A stretch of DNA of 64,000 nucleotides from Mantamonas sphyraenae STR306 (GCA_026936335.1 JAPMXV010000032.1:186001-250000); one strand, 5' to 3'. Positions 22,101 through 33,894 are shown, counted from the first letter of the stretch. Notes: generated from the sequence alone by a model not told the origin. A program made the numbers and translations.

Positions 22101-25100
22101 CATCGTGTTGCCCCAGTCTGCTGCGAACGAAAGGGTCGTGGGTTTCTCCACAGTTTCGGCAATGTACCTACAGCACTTCAATTTCGTGAGGTCACCCAGA
22201 TGACCATTCGCTCCGTCGTTGTGCCTGTAGAACCCGTTGAGACCGAACCCGGCCGGACAACTGTGCGTACCGCGCCTCCCCAAGCCGTGCTCAAGGCTGA
22301 CAACTTCACAATCGTCCTTGTACGTGTTCAGTGTGCACTTTAGCATCTCAATCCCGGTCAGCGAGTGGCTGTTGCCGCGCTGCAAGCCGGACACACTGTA
22401 GCCTGCTGGGCAGCTCTTCCATCCCTTGACGCTCATCTTGCTGTGGACTTCCACAAATGCGTCCAGGTCGTTCTTGATGTTGCGCGTGCAACAATTGGCC
22501 CGTTCCAGGTTGACCAAGGCGCCTCCTGTCGTCTCCAACGAGTGCACCGACGTTCCTGCGGGACAGGACGACATACCGGCGCGATCGAAAGAGCTGTACC
22601 AGTTGCCCACTTGGCACGACACGGCGCCCTCAGGCGGACCGACGTCACGGAGCTGGCAGCACTTGATGTGATCCACAGTGTCCAACTCTCCGTGGTGCGA
22701 GCGGTTGGTGCGATGCAGCGCCTGCAACCCGTAGCCAAATGGACACGAAACGCTGCGGCTTGTCTGGCCAATCTTCAACTTGATGACGATGCACTTGCCT
22801 GTGTCAAGTCCGTCTACACACTGCAGTCCCTCCAGACACATCACGCCGTGGCAGCCGCCTTGTTTGCGCAGAAAGCCTGCAATGCCGTACCCGACGCGAT
22901 GGCAGTGGTACCAGTGCTCATTGAATGATCCACGGAAAGTAATCTCCCTGCTGGCATGTGCGTGAGTGCAGCAATCAGCGCCGTTCAGAGATTCCAGGCG
23001 CGTGCCTCGGTTCTTCAACAGACCGGTGATGATGGCTCCACGCGGGCATCGCACGCTGGCTCCAGGACCCAGGTGCCACTTGTGTTCACTGCATCGCTTC
23101 AGCGACTTGACCGTGAGTTCGCGCTCAGCGTCGAGCCGCTGGGTGGGACTGTGCACCTTGAGCACACCGTCAACGGGCGCCTTGATGTTTTTCTCCTGCG
23201 CTTTCCTGACCACCTTTTGCAGCTCCGCCCAATACTCGTCCAAAATCACACGTGTCTTGATCAGAATTGATCTCACGAGGCCGAGCATTTGCTCTCGGCG
23301 AGCCTTGCTCACGTGCAGGTCCTTCAAACGGCGCAGATCAGCAATGGCCAAGCCACGATCTCGCAAGGCCTTGCGTGCTTCTTTGCGCAGGTTCCTCATC
23401 TCAGGCGTGTTGAACATGCCCAGCATTGCCTGTTTGATGTCATATTCGCCCTTTTTCTCTCCACGCACAGCTGTGATGGTCGTGCAAAGTTCCATCTGTT
23501 CGCGATCGTCGTTTTCTTTCATCAGCACTTCGGTCACCCACCTGCCTTTTTCCGCAGCCTTGACCTCTGCATCCTCGGCCTTCTTGGCGTTGGATTTCAT
23601 CCTGCCTTTCCTTTCTTCGATGAGCCGAGAGATGTCTCGGTGGTTTTTGTGTTGCTCAAGGTAGTCGCGATCTGCCTTCACCTTTGCAAACTCAGCGTCG
23701 TACTTATCCTCGTACTGCTTGATTTCATCTCTCAACACCTCCACCATTTTCGAGTAACCTTTCAATCGAGTTTCGGTGGCTTCGCGCATCTGCTCAAAAG
23801 TCGACACAGGCATCATCTTCAGGTCCAGGAGGCGCACTCCTTCAGCACTGCGCAGACTCCTGAGGCGATGGTTGCTCATCGAAACGTACCGACGGTGCAG
23901 AATGTCATCCTTCTTCTGTGTCAATGCGTGCTCCATCAGCTTGCGTGAAATAGCCAGGCGCAAGCGATTGTCGAAAAGCTCCTTGCGGAGCGCAAGGCGC
24001 TGCTTCTTCATGTGAGTCGACCCGATGGCCTCTGTGATCACAGGCTCGTCCTTTTCTGCATACGGGTTGTACTTGATGCCGTTATCCCGTGCAAGCTTCA
24101 TATTCAAGTCCACATCTCCAAAGTGTGAAAACGTGCGCTCCAGCGCGTTGTCGATCAGGGCTTCGTCCACCTCTGCGCCGGTGTCGCGCTCCACCAGCGT
24201 CCATCGGTAGTCCTCTTCACCATTGACACTCTCTCGGTATTCCTTGGCGTTCTTGAACGAATGGAACACAAAGAGATTGGTGTTGCGGAGCTCCTTTTTG
24301 GATTCTTCGGACAGCGGGTGTCGTCCAAACTCGTCTGCGTGTTGGCCACGAATCATGAAACCAGAAGCGTCTCCAACGTCAGAAAACGAGTGGACAGGAA
24401 GCATTGGCCACAGAGCAAGGTCCTCTACGAGCTCTTCGTCGTCTGCGTCAGCTTGGCGCATGTTCCGTTCCGCCAGTGCGGACATCGGTTCTGGGGATGC
24501 CCATCCAAGCACGTCGGACGAGTCCCGGATGGAAGGCAGCATGGCCAACATGTCTGTCGGGATTTGCTCCACTAGCGAGAGGCGTGACCTGGCCACGTCG
24601 CTGTTCTTGTCGAGAACGTCGTCTGCGTTTGCCTCAGCCTTGGCTGTCATGGCATTGATCTGGTCCTTGGAAGGTAGCTTCCAGTCAAACTCAGCCAGCT
24701 TCTTCTTGAATTCAGTGATCTGAATTTCTTGGTCAACCAAATCGATGCCGATGATCGAGATTTTGGCGCCGACCAAAGGCCGCAGGCCAGCGCTCAATGT
24801 CAGCGTGTTCTTTTCAGCCACACCTTTGTTGTGTGCTTTCTCCGCCTCAGTAGGTTCTTCCAGCTCATACTGATCATCGCTGACCGAGATGCAGGCTGCG
24901 GCACCTTGCGGCTGAAACTCGGCCACCGCAAAGATCTGCAGAGCAAACGAGGGGCCAGCAAGGGAGTACAAAAGTGCACTGATCTTCGGCGTGACGGTGA
25001 TCTCCAGTGAAATGGAAGCGCATGGTCGGAACCCATGAGGGCCATTTCTGTGCAAGCGGATCGACTTTTCAAACACGGGCTTCAGGGCCAGCTTGCCGTT

Positions 25101-27889
25101 TTCAAACAGCGCTTCAAGGCCCAGCTTTAGGCTAGCTTCAAGGGATGCTTCCACTTTGAATTGGAATCCTGCCTGCAAAGTGAAGGAAGCGCCCACATTC
25201 AGCTGCCCCATGATCACAATGACCACCGGGACTGGGCCGATCTGAAAGTTGAAGGTTACGATGGGTTTCTGCATCGCCTTTCTGTCCTTCTCCCAATTGA
25301 GGATACCAGTCACTTGCGCAAACAGGTCAATCTTGGTGGTGAGTTTGGCCCCAAGTGCAAACTTGATGCGCTTCGGCTTAAACTTGACGATCTTGATTGC
25401 CAGAGTGAATGTTGGCGATACCTCTGCCTTGGCCTCCAGGATGCGAAGAACGATATCAACGGTTACGGTGACATCCCCGCGTTTCGCCTTCTTGTTCTTC
25501 TTGTTCTTCTTCTTCTTTTTGCGATTGCGACGTCGCTTCCGCTTTTTCTCCTTCTTGGTCATCAACTTCTTCAACGCCTTCTTTGCCTTCTCCTTGTTGT
25601 CGATCAGTTTCTGCACCTTCTGTTTCGTGCTCTCTTCTTCCTTTTTTGTTGATTTGCTCTTGCTCTTGTTCAGGTCGTACTCCTTGATCTTGAAGCCCAC
25701 CCCTGGGAAAACCTCGTCGATGTTCAGCTCGGCCGTTCCACCGTTGAGCATGTCCCATGCAAACTTGGCCATTTGACCAATGACCTTTCCCACCTGCACC
25801 AACGCGGTGCCGATGCTTTGGGCCACCTGTGCGACCGCCGAAGCGACAGTAGTGGCCACCTGGATGGCCGTGGCCGCAATGTTCTTTGCCTTGGCAATCA
25901 TCTCGGTGGCAAACGTGGTCAGTTTGCTCATCAATTTGCTCGTGAGGGCAGCTGCTGCCTCCACCAGATTGTTCAGGGCCGACTTGAGTTCGTTGAGCTT
26001 GTTGCCAATCAGGTTCACGAGATTGTTGAAAGCCGATGTCAGGCGGTTCCACGCACCCTTCAACTCGTTGCTGAGAGAATCGAACGCGCTCCTGAAAGGT
26101 GCGATCAGCTTTTTGGTCCAGCCCCAAAAGTCTTCCACCTCCTCATCTGCATCGTCGGCGTCGTCGTCGGCGAGTGCGATGGCGTTCTCGTCGTCGGTGG
26201 GGAACTCATCCTTCAATTCGTCGTCCAGCCCAGCGTCGGCAAGCTCCTCAACCGAAGAGTCCACGTCCTCGCTCTCGGAAGTGAACCCAAACTCGGCGTC
26301 ATCGATGTCTGTGCCCGCTGCTTTGGCCTCCGCCAGACCATGGGCAACCAAACGTGCTGCCTCCACAACGTACTCGCGGTGCTTGTCAAAGTACTCGCGG
26401 GCAGCTCCGGAAAGCTTTTCGCCGTACTCCTGGCTCAGGGCTTGCAGTTGCGTCGAGGACGGGTCCTGGTCAGAGATGCGACGCACAGCCTCCGAGACCT
26501 TTTGCAAAGCTTCGTGTGCGGCTTCGTCGTGCTTGTTTGCTGTTGCAACAGCCGCATGATCCTTGACCATGTCGCGCAGGATTTGCACCTGCTCGTTGCG
26601 GCGAGCGGCCACACTGCGGTCCTGGACTTTGCCGGTTTCCACGTCCTTGATCAGGTCAGACACGTCGGTAACCTCCACGTGGACGGTTGCATCCTTGACT
26701 GCGTCTTCAAGGTCTGCGTTTTTCACACGCAGGTGGTACGGCAACGAGTCCTTGGTGCACTGCGGCAGTTGGCCAGGCGACCATGCTTTGGCTCCGCTCG
26801 GGCTGTTGATGGCCGTGATCTTGTACAGACCTGTGGCAATGCCAAACACGGAGCCGACCTTGATCGACTTGCTGTGGCGGTGCATAAACACGCAGGTGGC
26901 GGTGAAAACACCGTCGCGTGCATCTCCACCCTCTGGAACCAGGCCCTGCTTGGCAAGGTCTTGCATGTTCCCAGAGTGCTTCAGAAATGTGTACTCGTCC
27001 ACATCGCTGAGAAGGCCGTGAGCCTCGTGGAAGGGCAAATCGGCATCGTCCACCTCTTCCAGATCCTCAGCTGAAGACTGCTCCGAAGCCACATCGAACG
27101 TGTACTCCCCGTTTGCTGCTTGAGCACGGTGAAAGTTCTCGCTCATGTGCTTGGAGATCAGGGTCAACGCACCGGTGCGAGACAACGCGTTCAAGGGCTT
27201 GGCCACATGGCTCAGGTGCGAGTCCAACCCCGCTTCGATCTCGAAAAAGTCGGGGTGCGTTTTCACTTCCCCACGAAGAAAGGTCCGCACGAGCGATTTG
27301 CCACGCAGGGATGCGTTCAAAGGGTACTGCTTGTAGACACGGTGCGTCGCATCCGAGATGGATTCGTCGCTCAGCCCCAAGTCTTTCTTGTACAGCTCCA
27401 AGGAGAAAAGGTCGTCGTCCGAAATTTCGCTCTCGTTCAGCACTTGTCCCGCACCACCGTACACCGTTGTTCCTTTGTCGAATCGTTCATGCAGTTCCTC
27501 CTGGGAGAGCCCAGCATCTGTGTGCCGACGATGGGATGTGATTTTTCAAGTGTTATTGTTCATGTGTCAGTCGGAAAAGTTGAGCTTCAACGACGAGAGG
27601 GAAAAAAGAACGCGGACCGAACCCTCCAGAAAAGACTACGTGTCCCATAGCAAGAACTCACACCGAGAACCGGCTCCACGCTCGCCCAAAGTCGGGGAAA
27701 GTGCACGTGCCACATCTGTGGATGTAGGGTGGTCCCAGTTTTGCCCCAGAGTGAGTACAGACGCGCGGAAAGGATGAAAGAATGCATGAAGACCACCCAT
27801 CCTTCCAATCGGGACAACTCACCGGAGATGCAAGCAAACACAAGGACAATTGCCAAAAGTTTGGCCCATCCATGGCGTTGCATCACCAT
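19179..27889 (-). CDS. Giant secreted multidomain protein (~2819 aa) with seven Cys/Trp-rich three-repeat modules
   Basis: Exons 27889-27823, 27715-27662 and 27517-19179 (two phase-1 GTGAGT..CAG introns) add a signal peptide MVMQRHGWAKLLAIVLVFACISDVARA to the 2761-aa ORF. The C-terminal half carries repeats of W...G...CP.G....GL.R......L......CC. Confidence 0.88.
20164..22121. repeat. Near-perfect intragenic tandem duplication, period 993 bp (331 codons)
   Basis: 20164-21128 matches 21157-22121 with only scattered substitutions; identical short ORFs in the track are offset by exactly 993 (20221/21214, 20506/21499, 20668/21661). Confidence 0.95.
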
Positions 27890-28086
27890 CGGATGGGGAT
27901 TGACTGCTGATACTAACATCGATCGACTGTTCCAGCAGAATTGAAATGTTTCCATTCCCGCATGGCGAAAAAAACACCCCAAACTCGCCGAACCTGTCCC
28001 GAGCTCTTCACCCCACCCCTCCCACATACAGTAAACCCCAAACCTCGTTCCAGTGCCCGCAGCTCCCCATTGCAGTCCGATCCTGC

Positions 28087-30910
28087 TCATCGACGTTCGT
28101 CCCCTCGCATCCGCTGCATGGCCCTGTTCTGCGCCTTGATACGACGCTGCAACATATCAATGGTCATCTCCATCTGCTTCTTCGTCTCGTTGGTCAGTTT
28201 GCTGGCCTGAGCCTCACGCGAGCTGCTGCTTCCTCGCTTCACCTGGTCCTGCAGCTCCCGCACACGCCCTTCCAGCTCCCGTACGTGTGCCTCCGCCCGC
28301 TCCAGTTTCATCTGCAGCATTGTGTTTTCCCTTGCGTGCGAATCCATCACGCGCTCAGCCTGGTCCGTTTCGTTCAGCCTGCTCATCATCTCTGCCGCCA
28401 TGCTGTTCTTCTCACGCTCCATCGAGTCGTGCCTCTCCTCCATCGCATCCCTCTCTCGCTCCACGTCCCGCAGCTTGGCTTCCAGCCGCCCGATCTCCTG
28501 CCCCAGCCTGTCCCGCTCGTCCTCCAGCATTTCCTGCAGCTGCGTCACCTTTTCCTGTGCATCCATGCTCTGTTCCGTCACATGGCTCAGCTCCAGCGTC
28601 TTGTTGTCTACTGCCAGTTCCGCAACCCCAAGCTTCTCCCTCAGGCCGTTCAGCTCGCTTTGCAGCTCTGCTTCGCGCACCTTCCAACGGCTGCGCTCCT
28701 GTTGCAGCTCCTGAACCATGCGGTCGTTGCTCGTCATCTCGCCGTGCAGACTTTCGGCACGGCTGTGCAGCTCTGCCAATTCGCTGTTGGCGCTCTCGTA
28801 CCTCTGCTTCCAGTTGGCTGCCTCGTTCTCGCTCAACTGCTGCGCGTTGCGTTCCTTGCGCAGCTCGCTCTGCAACCGGCCCACCTCTTGGATCTGTCGC
28901 TCCAATTCGCCTTTTGTCTTGCGCAGCTCCACCTCTGCCTGGTTGTTGCCCTCGTTCAGCTGCTCGTTGCGTCGCTTCAACCGCCCGTTTTCTTCTTGAA
29001 GCTGCATCAGTTCGCCTCGCATCGAGTCACTCTTCTTTTGCTCCTCCTTCACTCGACCCAAGGCCTTTTGTTTCTCCTCCTCCTCCGTGCTCTTGGCCAA
29101 CTCCGCCTTGCTCAGGTCCAGCTGCATCTGCGCCTGAGTGTCCTGCTGCAATTGCAGATCTCGCCTGGCCGCACGCAGCTCCGCTTGCGTCTCTTTGTGT
29201 TCCTCCTGAAGCCGTGTGTAGTGTTTAAACACATCCTCGTGCTGAAACTCCAAGTTGGCCTTTTCCGTGCGCATGAGGTCGAGCGCCGTCTTCTGCACGC
29301 CGTACTCGTTGTGCATGCGCTGAAACTCGCCCGTGAGCCTGTCCACCTCCTGCTGCAGCTCCTCCTTGCGTGCGTTTGCACGCTCCAGCTTCGTCTGCAG
29401 CGAGTTGACCTCCTCCTGCAGCCTGAAGATGTCGACGTCCTTCTGCTTCGCCGACCCGCTGGCCTTTTCCGCCTCTGTCTTGAGATGCATGGAGGTGACG
29501 TTTTGACGATGGACCTCGTCCAGCAGCGACTGCTGGTACTGCAACAGTGCCGACTTTTCCTCGTCCAGCTTGTTGCGTGTCAGCTGTGCCTCCTGGTGCT
29601 CGCTGGACACCTCCTGCAATTGCACCTCCACACGCCGCAAACGCAGCCGCAGGTCGTCGTTTTCCTTGCGCAGTTGCTGATTGTTTGCTTCGGCCTTGCT
29701 CAGCTTGAGCTGCAGGCCGTCCACCGCCACCTGGTGCTTGCGACGGATTTCGTCCAAGCTCTTGCCCATCAGCTCACTCATGGCGCTCGAGTTGTTCTGC
29801 TGCTGGTTTTGTGCGCGTTGGTTCACCTGCTCCAGCCGCTGCCGCATCTCCGAGTTGTTGTCCCGGTACGAGAGCATCAAGCGCTCAAAGTCGTTGCGCT
29901 CCATCTGCGCCGTTTTCGCCTCTGTGCATGGGTCAGAGCCGGTGGAGTGTGTGAGCAGCCGCCGTGGGCAGGATGGAGATGTGTGTGGCGTGTGGGCAGC
30001 CGTATTTGCGGGGAGGTTGGCGGGTGGAGACAACCTGCGTGTTGCTGCAAAAAGGGCAAGGCAACGGTGTGGAGGGAAAAAACTCACCTCGGTCCACGCT
30101 GTACTTTTCCTTCTCCAGCGAGTTGTACTTGTTCAGCAGCTCCTGGTACTTGTCCTGGAACATCTTGACCTCACCCTTGAGGTATTGCATCTGCTGTTCG
30201 CTGCGCACCTTGTCCGACTTGAGGCTGACGGTCTCGCTTTGCAGCGTTTTCACCTCGCCCTGCAGGAGCGTGTTCTTGTGGCCCAGGGCGTTGGAATAGT
30301 CCTTCTGTGTGCGCTCGCCTGACGACGACGACCCACCACTGGAGGGCGAGTAGCCGCCTGTGGATGGAGACGAGGACGAGGAGGCTGAGGAGGTGTTGAG
30401 GGCGCTGGTGCTGTTGCTGCGCGTGTGGCCAAACGCGCTGCTTTGACGAGCTCCCAACCGAGCGCTCTGGCTGCCGCCCGAGACGCCTGCACTGCGGCTC
30501 GTGTCCACCTGCAGCTGGCCCGTGCTACGCGACACGCCCTGGTTGCTGTAGAACGAGCGCGTGGCCCCGGGCGAGCCGGTGAGGGTGCGAAACGTGGACA
30601 GGCTCGAGGTGCGCGGCGACGAGGTCGAGGCCGGCGACATCGGTGAGCCCGAACGGCCGTATGCAGATGCAGACAAACTCGACGACGTGGTCGACGTCGA
30701 TCCAGCAGAACTTGGGCGGCTGCCGCCGGTGCTGCTGAAGCTGTTGCGGAACTGGTCCAGCTTCGGAGGCGGAGGCGAGCGACGAAGCGAGCTGGAGGGT
30801 GAGCTGCTACCGCCTGTGCTGCTTCGCACCGACGAAAAGCGCGACGACGTGGTGGAAGCACCAAAGCGCGGGCTGTTGGACGAAGCCATGGGCGAGTGAG
30901 GCGTGCTCAT
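28087..30910 (-). CDS. Long coiled-coil protein with a Ser-rich disordered N-terminus (possibly cytoskeletal/centriolar)
   Basis: Exons 30910-30088 and 29921-28087 join in frame; continuous E/Q/L/R heptad pattern; no family motif recognised. Confidence 0.8.
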
Positions 30911-30990
30911 GGTGTGTCGGGTACGGCCAGTGCGGGTGCAGAATTGCTGGGACGGCGGGCGCAGCTCCGGCCCCATCTGCGCCAACAGGC

Positions 30991-33894
30991 ATGAGTGTGA
31001 CGGAGGACGAGTTGCGGGAGGAGCTGCAGCTTCGGCAGGCGTTGTCCGAACAATTGGAGCAGCGTGAGAAGCAAGCGTCTTCGCCTGGGACGACATCGTC
31101 GTCCTCGTCTTCGCTGCGTCAGGAATCCGTTCAGGTGAGCGACGACGAGGACGAAGACGACCTGGGTTCGGACTGGGAGGACTACGCAGACGACTTTGAC
31201 GACATGGACGAGCTCATGACAACCATGGAGGCGTCGGAAGAGCTGCGTGCAGCCACCGCACAGCTGCAACGCGTGCAGAGCGCAAAGGACGTGTTTGGTT
31301 CAACCAAGGTCCGCCAGCAGTTTGCCATTGTGGTGGACGAAGGGCTCGACGACGGCGACAACCACGACGACGACGACGACGACATCGACCAGGAAGAGGC
31401 CGTGGATGACGGCGAGGAGGATGGCATGGATGTGGACAGCCACAAGCTAGGGAGTGGCAGGCAAAGCGACGACGAGGCGCGGGTGAACGATCGTGCAGGC
31501 GGGGTGTCTGGCCCATTGCGGTATACTCAAGTGGCTGGAGACGACGAAGAGGTGGACAGTGAAGCGGAGGAATCAGATGCATTGGAGGTGAGCGACGATT
31601 CAGACGATGGAGCCCATGGCAAGGGCGCTTCTGGCGTGGCGGGTCGACCAACGGTGATCGAACTGCAGAGCGGCACCGGACAGAGCAGCGTGGCTGCAGG
31701 CAGGCGGGTGCACGTGGTGAGCAGCACCGTAGCAAAGAGCGCATCGCACAAGGACGGACAGGCAGCAGCAAGCATGCTGCATGGGGCACCGTTGAAACAT
31801 ACTCGCTTTGCTGGCGCTTCCAGCACAAGCACGAGCGTAACCATGAGTCCCACGCCACCCAAAGTGCCACAGGCAGCATCTGTGGGAGGGTCAAAGAGAC
31901 GCAGTGGCGCTGGGAAGGCCTCTGTGCGCAGCAAGGGCATGCCTCCGAGCGTACCCACCGTCGCGAGCACAACGGCACAGGCCGACAACGACGACGAGGA
32001 CGACGACAATGGTGACAATCACAGGGCCCACCGTGGCAAGCTGAAGCAGGCGCTGCAGCAGCCATCGCGTAGCAACGAGGATGCAGACGAGAGCAACGAG
32101 GACGAGGACGTCGAGAACGACGACGAGGCAGACGGGAGCTCGGGCAGCGACGGCAGCAAACTGTCGATCGCAAGCGCAGGGTACACGGGAAGGACAAAGA
32201 AACGACGTGGACGTGGATCGGGCCAAAGCAGCTTCAGCAAGTCGTACCACGCCTCGGCTTACGTGCACGATGCGACCGAGGCACTCGCAAGTTTCAAACA
32301 GGCAGTGGTCAACAAGGACCTGACCCAGGTGATCCTCGATCGCATCAACAAGCAGCGTCAGGGCATCGACGTGCCCTACGTCGCTGTCACGTCCATTCCG
32401 TCGTCCAAAGGATCTGCTCGAAGCAGCACGTCCTCGTCAACGTCGTCCGCATCCTCCTCCTCCTCCTCCTCCTCCTCATCTGCTTCCAACTCCTCTGGCA
32501 CCTCGTCATCGCAGCTTTCAAACAACGTGGACGCCAAGGCCGCGCGGAACCCTTTCCGCAAACACAAGAGTGCACGGGCGATGGAGAAAGAGCGTGCCAA
32601 GAAAGGGCGGTTGCGCTTCGATTGCAATTTCGAGAGCGGAAACATAGGACGGGCGGAACGGGTCAACGACCACGAATACGACATCTACGTGCGACCCGAC
32701 ACAAACAGTGCTCGCCATCGCCTGTGGTTCTACTTCCGTGTGAGCAACACGAGGCCTGGCCAGCGCGTCGTTCTCAACGTCGTCAACTTCAGCAAGGGCC
32801 GCAGTCTGTATCGACACGGCATGAGTCCTCTCGTGCGCACGGCATCACGGCCCGAATGGGCTCGTGTGCCCAGCAAGAACGTCTTCTACTACCGTGCCCC
32901 GAACAAGACCAAGAACTACGTCATGTCATTCCTGTTTGGCTTTGACGACAAGGATGACGAGTACTACTTTGCCTACGCCTTTCCCTACACATACAGTGAC
33001 CTGCAGCGCTACTTGCATCGTCTCGACAGCCTTCAGCTGCCCTTTTACCGGCGCGAACTGCTCCAGCGAACCATGTACAACCGTCGCCTGGACCTGCTGA
33101 CCATCACCAACGACGTGGAAGACTCGCAAAAGATGCAACGGAAGCGCTTGGTGCTCATCTCCGCACGTGTGCATCCTGGTGAGACCCCTTCCTCGTACGT
33201 GTGCCAGGGGCTGCTGGATTTCTTGACCGATCGCGAGAATCCGCTCGCGAATGTGCTTCGTGAACATCTGGTGTTTCAGATTGTGCCCATGCTCAATCCA
33301 GACGGCGTTTTCCTGGGCAACTACCGCTGCAACGCTCTGGGATACGACCTCAACCGGCATTGGAGCAACCCCACATTCTGGGCTCACCCGGAGATCTACA
33401 GCGTGAAGCAACTGGCCATCAAGTATGATCGCGACCCACGCGTCAAGTTTGACTTTTACATCGACCTTCATTCGCACAGCAACGCCATGGACGGCTTCTT
33501 CCTGGCCAATTACTTTGAGGACGAGCAGCGCAACGAAGAGGAGCGTGTGTTTCCCAAGCTGTTTGACGCAAACGCAAACGCCTTTTCGTACAACTCGACT
33601 GTGTTTGACAACGATCCCAGCAAGAAGGGCAGTGCTCGCAGGGCTGTGGCAGACGCGGTCAGCCCAAGCGTGCACAGCTACACGTTCGAGGTCTCCTTCT
33701 TCTGCTCCTCGCTCGGGCTGGGCTCCCCAGGCGCAGCGTTCACACAGCGGTCCTACATGCACCTTGGGCGCATGATGGGGCTCACCTTTGTCGATTTCTA
33801 CCGGCTTGCGCCGGAGGAGAAGGGTCGATCACGCCCGCGAAGCGCTCGTCAGCTCGATGCAGCCTTTGTCGGGGCCCAGGAGGACGAAGAATGA
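30991..33894 (+). CDS. Cytosolic carboxypeptidase (M14D tubulin deglutamylase, CCP6/AGBL4-like) with a long acidic N-terminal extension
   Basis: FDCNFESGNI, WFYF, FPYTYSDL, ARVHPGETPSS, PMLNPDGV, GNYR, DLNR, DLHSHS and YTFEVSF motifs. Confidence 0.9.
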   Translation: MSVTEDELREELQLRQALSEQLEQREKQASSPGTTSSSSSSLRQESVQVSDDEDEDDLGSDWEDYADDFDDMDELMTTMEASEELRAATAQLQRVQSAKDVFGSTKVRQQFAIVVDEGLDDGDNHDDDDDDIDQEEAVDDGEEDGMDVDSHKLGSGRQSDDEARVNDRAGGVSGPLRYTQVAGDDEEVDSEAEESDALEVSDDSDDGAHGKGASGVAGRPTVIELQSGTGQSSVAAGRRVHVVSSTVAKSASHKDGQAAASMLHGAPLKHTRFAGASSTSTSVTMSPTPPKVPQAASVGGSKRRSGAGKASVRSKGMPPSVPTVASTTAQADNDDEDDDNGDNHRAHRGKLKQALQQPSRSNEDADESNEDEDVENDDEADGSSGSDGSKLSIASAGYTGRTKKRRGRGSGQSSFSKSYHASAYVHDATEALASFKQAVVNKDLTQVILDRINKQRQGIDVPYVAVTSIPSSKGSARSSTSSSTSSASSSSSSSSSSASNSSGTSSSQLSNNVDAKAARNPFRKHKSARAMEKERAKKGRLRFDCNFESGNIGRAERVNDHEYDIYVRPDTNSARHRLWFYFRVSNTRPGQRVVLNVVNFSKGRSLYRHGMSPLVRTASRPEWARVPSKNVFYYRAPNKTKNYVMSFLFGFDDKDDEYYFAYAFPYTYSDLQRYLHRLDSLQLPFYRRELLQRTMYNRRLDLLTITNDVEDSQKMQRKRLVLISARVHPGETPSSYVCQGLLDFLTDRENPLANVLREHLVFQIVPMLNPDGVFLGNYRCNALGYDLNRHWSNPTFWAHPEIYSVKQLAIKYDRDPRVKFDFYIDLHSHSNAMDGFFLANYFEDEQRNEEERVFPKLFDANANAFSYNSTVFDNDPSKKGSARRAVADAVSPSVHSYTFEVSFFCSSLGLGSPGAAFTQRSYMHLGRMMGLTFVDFYRLAPEEKGRSRPRSARQLDAAFVGAQEDEE

